From an uncultured Candidatus Cloacimonadota bacterium (lineage in GTDB: Bacteria > Cloacimonadota > Cloacimonadia > Cloacimonadales > JAJBBL01): DNA of 64,000 nt. Under the pieces are notes generated by a model. That model was not told the DNA's origin. It ran no database searches and saw only the letters and a program-made list of their open reading frames with translations. Location: the NCBI GenBank assembly GCA_964464175.1, contig CAYXFD010000014.1, positions 5,035 to 69,034 of the forward strand, given 5' to 3'. Positions 1-8,864 of this stretch are shown here, in pieces. The translations under genes were made by a program, and so were the position numbers. Each line of letters begins with the position of its first letter. The stretch's first letter is position 1.

Positions 1-3000
1 AAAACTGCTGCATAACCGGTTTGGTTATTAGAGAAGATATTATTAATAAACCTCATTTCGGAACAGCCGGTTCCCTTTTCGAAAGCCGATGAAGTTCCCT
101 GGGCATTGTAATGGGTGAAACGGAAGGTGTTATTGACGATATCGGTCTTATTGGCATTAGCGATATACAAGTTCCTCTCGGGATCCAGGAGGTTTTGGTG
201 ATCATTCCTGATAAAGTTGTTGTAGATGTAATTAGTAAGTCCCGGTTCCTGATGAAGCCCGTCGAGATAGACTCCATACCCGCCCCTGTGATTGATATAA
301 TTGCCGAAAATCTGAAGCTTTCCGTTCATATTCAAGGCATCAATTGCGGTATTGGCAATCGGATCAAAATAGTTTCTTTGAATGGTAATGTTGTTCAGGT
401 TCCGCAGGTAGAGTCCACGAGTGAGGTTAATGAAAGCATTCCAATAAACAACCAAATCATTATAATATTCTGTATCTGTCAGCCCGACGGCATAAAGAGC
501 CGTGCCGCCGTCTGTAAAGGAACAGTCTTCAATAAGCAGTCCGTCAAAAACTTCACTATTGATTCTGATAAATGATCTCTCAACGTTAGTCGTACTTACA
601 GCCAGGGCGCTGAAATCGCAGCTTTCGATGGAGATGTTTCTGTTAATACCCGTCAGTTCAACCGCAGTATGGAAGTCAGCATTAGGTATGTCGATATTAA
701 AACCTTTTAAGGTAAAGAAATCCACTCCTCTCAGATTGAACAGATAGTTATCAGCAGCAGATGAAGGGTTATGGGAGAGAGTCACATCAGTTCCGGTAGA
801 AGGGGCAACTCTTACTATCCTGTCCGGAGATGAAAGGGGGAATGGTCTGACGATGTAATTCTCGCCGATCAGGTCTTCGCTTACATAAATGCTTGTATTA
901 TTACTGACTCCCCGCCGTGATACGGCATCTAATGCTGCCTGAAGAGTTGGATAGTGTTCTCCGACGTTAATGACAGCAGCTACAGGAGTCAGATTATATT
1001 CCGGTACAATCCGGTTAGCCCCGATATCACGGCTCGTAATGAAGGAGTTTCCGTCCACGTCCTGATGGAAAGAGGCAACAGTTCCTTTTCCTTTCAGGAA
1101 CTCAGATTTCACCATCCCTTCGGTATCGAGGAAAGGGTGAAGATAATATGATTCGGCACCCAATCCGGTGGCAGTGTGCCAGGCCTCGATACTGTCATAA
1201 TTTATTCCGTCAAGAGTGGCTAAGAGAGTGCTGAGTGAGTAGAGAACGTTATTGCTCATTGTCAAGCCGGAGGCAGTAGAAGCCTGGAAAGCTTTTCCGC
1301 TCCCTTCCAGTACGAGAACGTTGTTGCGGATATTGTAACTGCCTGCTGATGAGATATTTAGAGAAATGTTCGTACCTGACTTATTTGTTTTTTCCAGATA
1401 GAGGGTATTGTGATCTATGTCCATATTGGCGACATTATTCAGGTCAACCCCTGTCAGGTTGGAATTGGAGTTATTGAGAGCGAGCAGAATATTGGATTGA
1501 AAAGCATTATTCTCTCCACTCAGATTAGAAAAAGAGATGAGGGTATGATTACTGAAAGTACCGGAAAGATTTGCAACATAGACTTTATTCTGTCTGACTA
1601 TTGCATTATCATTGGAGTTGGAAATACTAATGGCTCTGAGAATGCCGCTCATGGTATTTTCTTTAATTAGAATGCTGTTCAACTGTGACGTTTCAACAGG
1701 AAATCTGACTTCGGAGAATTGATTGCCGGAAATTGAAAGTCCTGAAGGCTGCAGAAGAGGAGTGGCTGAAGAATGGCGGCTTTGAGAGTAACCGGTTTCG
1801 AAGTTAACAAATCCGGAGTCTTTTATCCTGATCCCGTTGACATAAGAAGTCCGGGCATTGACGGCAGTTGTTGCAGAGGTAAAAGAGCTTAAAGAGAAAG
1901 AACAATCAGAGAATACGATATCTCTGCTTTTTTGGGTAAGATTGACTGCATGACGGTTTATAGTAGTTAAGCCCTGGAAATCGATCTGCTTTAGAACAAC
2001 CCGTTCAGCATTCCTGAAGGTAAACACAGCCTGATCGGCACCCATTCCGTCGGGAGCGGAAAAAAGGGGATTGGAGCGACCCGGTTCGATGGGCATGATC
2101 TTAAGATAGCCACCGGTCTCATCATTATATACTGCAGCAGGACGGGGGATATAGTTAAGCCGGTATTGATCATTTCTGACGCTGTTATCTAATTTGAGAT
2201 AGAGGGTATCGGCAGTTGTTATTCCGATCCTTTCTATCTCTGTCAAGGCATCGTGCAGGTCTTCGAACTCAAGTCCCTGACCTACTGTGATCTCATTACC
2301 GGTAAACTGGTAAAAGCTGTGATAGAATGGAAACTCATAAGCTCCGATATCATAGGGAACATCTCTGAAACTACCCCAGTGATCGATCGTGACCCTGTTT
2401 GTCCAGAATGCTTTATCTTTAACCCAGGGGGAGTTTGACTGCATGGTTTCGGTAAAGAAGGGGTTAGCTATGTGTGAGTTCGCATCAAAATCGGGGAAAG
2501 CTGCTCTGAAATCGTTTAACGTGACATAAGACTGCTGGATTTTAGTTAAATATATCTCTTCCGAATAGTAGCAGTTATAATCTATTACCAGATTGGCTCC
2601 GCTTCCGGGAAGCTGGGCAAAATCAAGGATCAAGCCGTTGATTGCCCTGATGGCATTGTTGATGATCCTGCTATTCGTCGGGAGAGAATACCCCCCAATA
2701 CCTTTAGCATTCGTTCCCGAAACGTCTATACTGTTGTGAAGAATGTCAAGATGATTTGAATTGCCGAACATCTTTATACCTTCAGGTCCGCCGTTGTTAG
2801 GTCCGATAATTCTGATTATGTTATTGGCTATCAGATTGGTGTAGTTACCTTCTGTATCTACGGAACCGCTACAACTACTTAACAGAATACCACTGTTGTT
2901 GTTTATTGAATCAATCTTGTTACAGGTAACCCGAAAGCCAGAAAGATTGTTCAGGCTGATGTTGTTGAAGAAGCTATTAATAAACTGATTGTTATCGATA

Positions 3001-4988
3001 ACAATATCATCGGTCAAGATAATATGAACAGGTTTGTAATTTCCGGTAAACTGAGAATTTTTTAGGACAAGGTTATTACTTCCGGTATGAGGAGAAATGT
3101 ATAATCCGTAAGTATTATTCAGGAATTCACACCCGTTAAACTCGATGTTTTCGATGACCGAGTCAGAAGCTGCGTAATAAGCACTCCGGGTTAAGCTTTC
3201 CTGCATAACACCGGAACCGATAAAGGTAGAATTGTTGAAAGTAACATCGGAGACAAAGCCGTAAGTCCGGACAAGATTGGAGTGAGTTGTGTTCTGATTC
3301 GAAAAGGTAACGTTCTGAAAATGAACGTAGCTGCTTCTTGCCAGGGTAACGAGATAGTTATCATCTGCTCCTGCCGGGTTATGAGAGATCGTATTGATTG
3401 CGTTCCCTTCTATTTGCAGCACGTTATCTGCTGAAGCTCCCGGGATTTTGCGGAGTGTAACATTTCCTGTATAAGGCTCAGCTAATACGAAGAAGACATC
3501 GGCGCTTATCCCTCTGAGAGCTGCCTGCTCGAGAGCAACATCAAGACTACCTAACAGATGCAGAGAACCAATCTGATAGGTTCCGGCTAACGGGGCATAG
3601 TCTTCATTGTATTCAGATTCGTAAGCACCGATATCGGGATTGGTTTCGTTTCTCTCCGTTCCGGCGATATCAGTTGTTATAAAATCAATCTGAGTTCCCT
3701 TGTTCTGCAAATATATGCTATAGAGCAGATAGTCATCTTCATCTTCGTCCTCGAAAACCGGGTCAAGTGACATTGAGTTCCTGAGGAGAGAGTTGGCAGC
3801 GAGGTAATCGGTATAATTAACGTAGTTGATGTTATTGTTGCGGATAGTGAATTTGCTCAGAGCAAAGATATTATTGTAGTCTTCTCCTGCTCTATCGGTG
3901 TTTCCCAGATTCAGAGCCATTCCTGTACCATACGCGATAATCTGGTTGTTCAGATAACTACCCTCTGTGTTGTTTGTAAAAGAAGCGGCATACGAACTCA
4001 ATGAGGTTTCGGTTTTGAGGATCAAAGTATTATGAAACACTTTTGCATAGTTGCAGCCGGTGACATTAAGGGCATCTGCCTGCAGATTAAAAGCAGTTCC
4101 TTGATCGTTGAGACCGGAAACGGTAACAATGTTGTTATAGACGGCATTCGTATGCATTGCAGTCAAGGCAAAAGCAACGGAAGTGAGCTTTATACCGTGA
4201 CTGCGGGTAGAGAGACGATTGTTGAAGATGTTGGGGTAAGCTCCGTTATTCATCTCAATTCCGAACTTAATGTCGGCTATAATATTGTTATTGATGACTG
4301 CGTAGTATGAGCGGTCAAGGTGAATAGCTTTGATCCCGTTGTTGAAGATATTGTCCGAGATCTCTATATTATGGAGATTCAATACGGCAGTACTTGTGGT
4401 AGAATGCAGGTGTATCTGAAAACCGCCGTCATGAAATTCATTACCGGTAATAACAATATCATCTATCCTGTCCGGATCAGAATCGGACAGCATGTAGATG
4501 AGGCTGTGGTGAACAGGATCAATGATGTCAAAACCGGAAAACTTGTTTTCTGCTATTGTTATCTCTGAAGAATCTCCGGCGACATAAATAGCTGTTCCGT
4601 AGAAGAGCTGGCTCTGAAACTTCAGCCCGCTGAAGGATAATCTGCTTGAGTTATCGACTTTGATGATGAAGTTATTGAAGCTGGAAGCGTTGGAATTGGT
4701 CAGTACAACATCACCCAACTCAGTTCCCTCAGCACGGCTAAGCTGAATCGAGTATAATCCTGAGGGATTTAATCCTGTTATCTCGATCTGTTCGTCATAG
4801 GTTCCGGAGTTAACAGAAAGGATAATGTCTCCGGCCATTCCATTTGTCTGAAGAGCATCTATAGCACTCTGGATAGTAGTGAAATCACTAGCAATTCCTC
4901 CGATAGTGTAAGCGCCTATCATAGGAGTTGCCAAAAGACAAGAAATACTTACAAAGCTGAAGAAAAGCAATAAAATAGAGTTTTTCAT
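1..4988 (-). CDS. Large secreted right-handed beta-helix (pectin-lyase-like fold) repeat protein, >1660 aa, 3' end outside the window
   Basis: Not in the ORF track because it runs off the edge. Manual translation from ATG at 4988 (GAGGT Shine-Dalgarno upstream) gives MKNSILLLFFSFVSISCLLA-TPMIGAYTIGGIASDFTTIQSAIDALQTNGMAGDIILSVNSGTYDEQI. The same frame still reads as protein at the window edge (EMRFINNIFSNNQTGYAAV). About 430-aa modules end in DIGAYE/DIGAN motifs near 3625, 2345 and 1020. Frame was spot-checked, not read codon by codon. Confidence 0.85.
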   Translation of the reverse strand, partial: MKNSILLLFFSFVSISCLLATPMIGAYTIGGIASDFTTIQSAIDALQTNGMAGDIILSVNSGTYDEQIEITGLNPSGLYSIQLSRAEGTELGDVVLTNSNASSFNNFIIKVDNSSRLSFSGLKFQSQLFYGTAIYVAGDSSEITIAENKFSGFDIIDPVHHSLIYMLSDSDPDRIDDIVITGNEFHDGGFQIHLHSTTSTAVLNLHNIEISDNIFNNGIKAIHLDRSYYAVINNNIIADIKFGIEMNNGAYPNIFNNRLSTRSHGIKLTSVAFALTAMHTNAVYNNIVTVSGLNDQGTAFNLQADALNVTGCNYAKVFHNTLILKTETSLSSYAASFTNNTEGSYLNNQIIAYGTGMALNLGNTDRAGEDYNNIFALSKFTIRNNNINYVNYTDYLAANSLLRNSMSLDPVFEDEDEDDYLLYSIYLQNKGTQIDFITTDIAGTERNETNPDIGAYESEYNEDYAPLAGTYQIGSLHLLGSLDVALEQAALRGISADVFFVLAEPYTGNVTLRKIPGASADNVLQIEGNAINTISHNPAGADDNYLVTLARSSYVHFQNVTFSNQNTTHSNLVRTYGFVSDVTFNNSTFIGSGVMQESLTRSAYYAASDSVIENIEFNGCEFLNNTYGLYISPHTGSNNLVLKNSQFTGNYKPVHIILTDDIVIDNNQFINSFFNNISLNNLSGFRVTCNKIDSINNNSGILLSSCSGSVDTEGNYTNLIANNIIRIIGPNNGGPEGIKMFGNSNHLDILHNSIDVSGTNAKGIGGYSLPTNSRIINNAIRAINGLILDFAQLPGSGANLVIDYNCYYSEEIYLTKIQQSYVTLNDFRAAFPDFDANSHIANPFFTETMQSNSPWVKDKAFWTNRVTIDHWGSFRDVPYDIGAYEFPFYHSFYQFTGNEITVGQGLEFEDLHDALTEIERIGITTADTLYLKLDNSVRNDQYRLNYIPRPAAVYNDETGGYLKIMPIEPGRSNPLFSAPDGMGADQAVFTFRNAERVVLKQIDFQGLTTINRHAVNLTQKSRDIVFSDCSFSLSSFTSATTAVNARTSYVNGIRIKDSGFVNFETGYSQSRHSSATPLLQPSGLSISGNQFSEVRFPVETSQLNSILIKENTMSGILRAISISNSNDNAIVRQNKVYVANLSGTFSNHTLISFSNLSGENNAFQSNILLALNNSNSNLTGVDLNNVANMDIDHNTLYLEKTNKSGTNISLNISSAGSYNIRNNVLVLEGSGKAFQASTASGLTMSNNVLYSLSTLLATLDGINYDSIEAWHTATGLGAESYYLHPFLDTEGMVKSEFLKGKGTVASFHQDVDGNSFITSRDIGANRIVPEYNLTPVAAVINVGEHYPTLQAALDAVSRRGVSNNTSIYVSEDLIGENYIVRPFPLSSPDRIVRVAPSTGTDVTLSHNPSSAADNYLFNLRGVDFFTLKGFNIDIPNADFHTAVELTGINRNISIESCDFSALAVSTTNVERSFIRINSEVFDGLLIEDCSFTDGGTALYAVGLTDTEYYNDLVVYWNAFINLTRGLYLRNLNNITIQRNYFDPIANTAIDALNMNGKLQIFGNYINHRGGYGVYLDGLHQEPGLTNYIYNNFIRNDHQNLLDPERNLYIANANKTDIVNNTFRFTHYNAQGTSSAFEKGTGCSEMRFINNIFSNNQTGYAAV

Positions 4989-5212
4989 TAAGTGTACCTC
5001 GTTATTCAATGTTTTGGAAAATCATCAGTTTTTGGGGCTTAATAGCTGTCAATCTCCAATTCGACAGTTGTTAAAGAACCAATACGAGGTATAATGCCTA
5101 TGTTATAGAGAATAAACATAGTTAGGCAGAGAAAAACAAAGAAGCGGAGGCTCCCTTTTTATCTGCCGGAAAGACATATCATTGATCAGAGTAGAGAATC
5201 ATCTAAAGAAAA

Positions 5213-8200
5213 TCAATCATCCAGTTCTTCAAAGAGGACTTCGACAGCCTTTTTTATCTGCACATCATCCCTGTTTATAATATTTTCAGGAGTCATTTCT
5301 ATTTGAATATCGGGCTGGGCTCCCGTACCTTCCATGTTGATCAGATCCTTCGTAAACCAGCCGTGACCGGGCATACGCATGGAAGAACCGTCCATTAGCT
5401 GGTAATGTCCGGTGCCGATGACCCCGCCGCCTGTCGGCATTCCGATAACTTTGCCGAGTTGTTTCTGCTGAAAAAGAATAGGGAAGATCTCAGCATCGGA
5501 AAAGGAGTTTTCGTCAATAAGCAGAGCAATTGGTTTATCCCAAACAAGAGAAGGAGATGCTATAAGCTCATTGTTGTAAGCCCTTGAAGTGGTAAAAGCC
5601 GTGGAACGCCTGGTCAGAGTATCTATCAGCCAGTCACTGAGATTCCCGCCCCCGTTTCCTCTGACATCGATGATAATAGCATCTTTATCATAGTTTCTGG
5701 CAAACAGGTCATCAAGGAAGGGTTCAACGCGTGTGTGGGACATTTGTGGTATGTGAAGATAACCGATTTTGTTATCACTAAGCTCTTCGACTAATTCTCT
5801 GTTACGGTTAACCAGATCATCATAAAAGAGTTCATAAATGTCCCATAACGCTAAACCTTTAACAAAAACGTCTTTAGTTCCGGTGGAAGTTGCGATCTTG
5901 AGATGGATCTCTTTTCCCAGTTTATCTTCCAGCAGATCCTCTATACTTACATAGGGATTGATTTCCGTGTTATCAATGCTCAGGAGAAGATCTCCCTCTC
6001 TTATCCCGTATTTCTGATAGAGGGTTGACCCCCGATAGACATCACGAAAGCGAATCCCTTTCTCCAGGAGAGTACTATTGTCAAAAGAACAGGCTAAGTT
6101 AGCAAATTGAGTTTGATCTCTGCGTCCTTCACGGCGGGGATAAAAGCCGGTATGAGAGGCATCCAGTTCTCCGATCATTTCATCAACAATACTGGAAAAG
6201 TAACCCATGTTATAGGAGTGTTCAACGTAAGGTCTGTAGCGCTCATACATCTCATTCCAGTCACGACCGTGCATAGCGGGGTCATAAAACTCGTAACCGA
6301 ATTCAGCCCACAGTTCATCAAATACACTTCTGTTCAATGCTATTACATCATATTCGTAGCTAAACTCGTTTTTGACTATCTCTTTTTTTCCGCTTTGAGG
6401 GTTAATCTTCAGCAGCTGATTATCGAGAACAAGGTAGAAATGCTCATTCTCCTGGTGATACTTGAAGTCGGTTTGAAAGTCGTTTATCCTTCCTGAAAGC
6501 GAGACAATCTCTTTATCGTTCTCACCTTCGTAATTAATTTTTCTGATGCTATAATTATTCTCCAGATAGTTCCAGTTTACATAGTAAAGAGTTGAATCGG
6601 ACTCTATATGAACAGGATAATTGTAACCGGGTTTGTCGCTAATAGTCTTTATTCTTTTATCTATTCCTGCAATCTGGACCCGGAAAGTCCGTTCCTTTAG
6701 CGATTCTTCTATGGCGAGCCGTGCTTTTCTTGCCTCCGGCAGCTCTGCGAGAATATCATCCCAATGATCTTCAATCTTATTAAAATCAGGTTTGGGTATC
6801 AGATCAATCCTTACCAGCTCTTCTCCTAACGACATAAACAGCGTTTTCAGATCTTTGCCGAGATAAAGCCTCCCGATGTAGCTCGTACTGCTGAATAACC
6901 GACTGCTTGTCTTGTTGTGGAAATCGTAAAGTTTGAGATGCCTGCTATCATTCTGAGGATCTCCGACAACGTAAAACGCATAGTCCAGTTCGGGAGTAAA
7001 AGCCAAAAACCAAGACCAGACAGGTTCTTCTTGGAGGAATTCAGTTACCTGACCGGTTACGACGTCGAGCATTGCTACCCTATAATACTCTTCATCATCT
7101 TTGTAATGAATTGCAATCTTTTCCGGTGAGACAAGAAAGATCCGCTCGGTGTATTTACCTTCCGACCAGCTGTTCTTATGTATTATCTCCGGATCATTGA
7201 TATCAAGCCAAAAGATCTCTAAACTACCTTGTTCTCTTTTGGTGAAGTAAACAGTTCGATTATCTTCCAGGATCAGGATTTGATCTATTCCTTTCTGGTC
7301 AAAAGTTAGCCTTCTTACCTCTCCGCCCTTTTCCGGCATAGCGAACAGGTCGTATTTATAGGAGAAAGCTATCAGTTTTCCATTGGGAGAGACAGCGGCA
7401 TTGGAGGCGACATTAGAGTACTTCTCCTTCTTGATAAAATCAGGGAGAAAGTCTTGTTTGATAATGAGATCTAGTTCTTCGGCAATACCTGTTTCCGGAT
7501 CATATTTCCAGATCTTATCGAACTTCTCAAAGACAATTCTGTCGTTTTCACGTGCTATCGAGATACAGCGAACAGACCAGTCAGCAAAAGAGGTTAACTG
7601 TTCCGGATTAGCGAAATCATAATCCTCAACCCGGAAGAGTTGAAATTTTTCTCCGTCCGAAGCGGCATAATAGATATAGGGATCAACGTGCGAATAGACC
7701 GGATATCTTGCTGTAGTATCGGTGAAAGTGAGCTGAGTATAACTCCCTGTCTCGGTATTGTACTCCCAGAGATTCCCTGCAATGCTCCCTCTGTAAGCCG
7801 GTCTGTAGGGATCACCCTTCAGATTGAAGACTATCTTCTTTTCACAGGGTGAAAGTTTGCTAAACCGATGTGAGATGGGAGTTATTTCTCTTGCTCTCTT
7901 GCCGTCAGGAAAGAGCTCATACTGACTCCAGCCGGTGTGATAATGGTATTTTGTTCCCATGAGACGCTCACTGTCCTGATACCAATCGCTAAGCGATATG
8001 TCGCTACCCTGGTAAACCGGTTGAGCAAAACCACCCTCCGAAGGTATGAGATAGATACCCTCTTTTCCCTGCCGTTCCGAGATAAAAGCTATCCATTTCC
8101 CGTCGGGAGAGAAGATGGGAAAACTATCCTGCCCCTCCGAAACCGTTATCCGTTTAGCCTCTCCACCTTCAAAAGGAACCAGCCAGAGATCGGACATATA

Positions 8201-8317
8201 GCTAAAGCAGACCATGCTGCCGTCGGGTGATATTCCCGGAGTTTTCATAAAGCTTGGACTATAAGCAAGCAGACTGTTAGTTATTAAAACGATCAGAACT
8301 GTTAGCATTGATTTCAT
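5213..8317 (-). CDS. Secreted tricorn-like protease (peptidase S41: PD40/beta-propellers, PDZ, protease domain)
   Basis: Signal peptide; SPDG-type propeller repeats; ELDASH catalytic His region; IGYLHI, DVRGNGGG and SFSDAEIF catalytic Ser motif; GxxPDI C-terminus. Confidence 0.93.
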   Translation of the reverse strand: MKSMLTVLIVLITNSLLAYSPSFMKTPGISPDGSMVCFSYMSDLWLVPFEGGEAKRITVSEGQDSFPIFSPDGKWIAFISERQGKEGIYLIPSEGGFAQPVYQGSDISLSDWYQDSERLMGTKYHYHTGWSQYELFPDGKRAREITPISHRFSKLSPCEKKIVFNLKGDPYRPAYRGSIAGNLWEYNTETGSYTQLTFTDTTARYPVYSHVDPYIYYAASDGEKFQLFRVEDYDFANPEQLTSFADWSVRCISIARENDRIVFEKFDKIWKYDPETGIAEELDLIIKQDFLPDFIKKEKYSNVASNAAVSPNGKLIAFSYKYDLFAMPEKGGEVRRLTFDQKGIDQILILEDNRTVYFTKREQGSLEIFWLDINDPEIIHKNSWSEGKYTERIFLVSPEKIAIHYKDDEEYYRVAMLDVVTGQVTEFLQEEPVWSWFLAFTPELDYAFYVVGDPQNDSRHLKLYDFHNKTSSRLFSSTSYIGRLYLGKDLKTLFMSLGEELVRIDLIPKPDFNKIEDHWDDILAELPEARKARLAIEESLKERTFRVQIAGIDKRIKTISDKPGYNYPVHIESDSTLYYVNWNYLENNYSIRKINYEGENDKEIVSLSGRINDFQTDFKYHQENEHFYLVLDNQLLKINPQSGKKEIVKNEFSYEYDVIALNRSVFDELWAEFGYEFYDPAMHGRDWNEMYERYRPYVEHSYNMGYFSSIVDEMIGELDASHTGFYPRREGRRDQTQFANLACSFDNSTLLEKGIRFRDVYRGSTLYQKYGIREGDLLLSIDNTEINPYVSIEDLLEDKLGKEIHLKIATSTGTKDVFVKGLALWDIYELFYDDLVNRNRELVEELSDNKIGYLHIPQMSHTRVEPFLDDLFARNYDKDAIIIDVRGNGGGNLSDWLIDTLTRRSTAFTTSRAYNNELIASPSLVWDKPIALLIDENSFSDAEIFPILFQQKQLGKVIGMPTGGGVIGTGHYQLMDGSSMRMPGHGWFTKDLINMEGTGAQPDIQIEMTPENIINRDDVQIKKAVEVLFEELDD

Positions 8318-8480
8318 GTTCTTTACCTCTATCTATTGCTTTTTAAAACTGATTTTTCATCTTTAAAACCGTGTATATAAATCTAAAAGATGATCAGATG
8401 AAGGAAGAAAAATCTGGGGAAACCTGTCAAGAATCAATATCAGTCTTCCGGGAGCTTCTGACCAAAGGAGCAGGATCTCC

Positions 8481-8864
8481 CGCAGAGGGAGAGGGGAGAC
8501 AAGTGAAGGAAAGCGGTTCCTTGTCAGAAATACTGAGATTGGACATGAAAAAATGTATATCAAGAAAAACCCCTTCTCAAGCTGGCAGAGAAGGGGTTTA
8601 ACTTCGCTGTTTTGACCACCTAAAACAGTCATTTAACAGCTTTTTTTATCGTATCATCTTTACCGATTATCTGGTAACGGGTAAGGGTGAAGCGACAACA
8701 CGATAATAACGACGGTTAGATGCTGCTTCGCTGTATGTTGTTACGGAACTATCCTGGTGCATCAACAATTGCCACCCTTGCAGCGGGTCAGATTCATTAG
8801 TTACCGGCTCAGATCTGGCATATATCTTGTAGGAATTGGCACCTTCCACGGTATTCCAGTTAAG
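8481..8864. repeat. 3' arm of duplicated module, copy 1 (last ~65 codons of giant gene, 3' UTR, terminator, ~85 bp beyond)
   Basis: Colinear high nucleotide similarity to 21712-22098, e.g. cgcagagggagaggggaga-aagtgaaggaaagcgg and taacgacggttagatgctgcttcgctgtatgttgtta. Confidence 0.92.
8565..8599 (-). terminator. Rho-independent terminator of giant gene 1
   Basis: 12-bp stem AAACCCCTTCTC / GAGAAGGGGTTT with a 9-nt loop, ending in a U-run on the minus strand, ~70 bp after the stop. Confidence 0.85.

Noticed and set aside
53-4568. Short ORF-track calls (53..277, 111..575, 502..747, 954..1151, 1410..1670, 1991..2173, 2253..2438, 4032..4310, 4320..4568)
   Set aside because: They are antisense or off-frame shadows of the large minus-strand CDS 1-4988
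8667-8864. Duplicated C-terminal segment as a diversity-generating retroelement TR/VR pair
   Set aside because: Both copies are coding ends of intact genes, the differences are not adenine-specific, and no reverse transcriptase is present in the window
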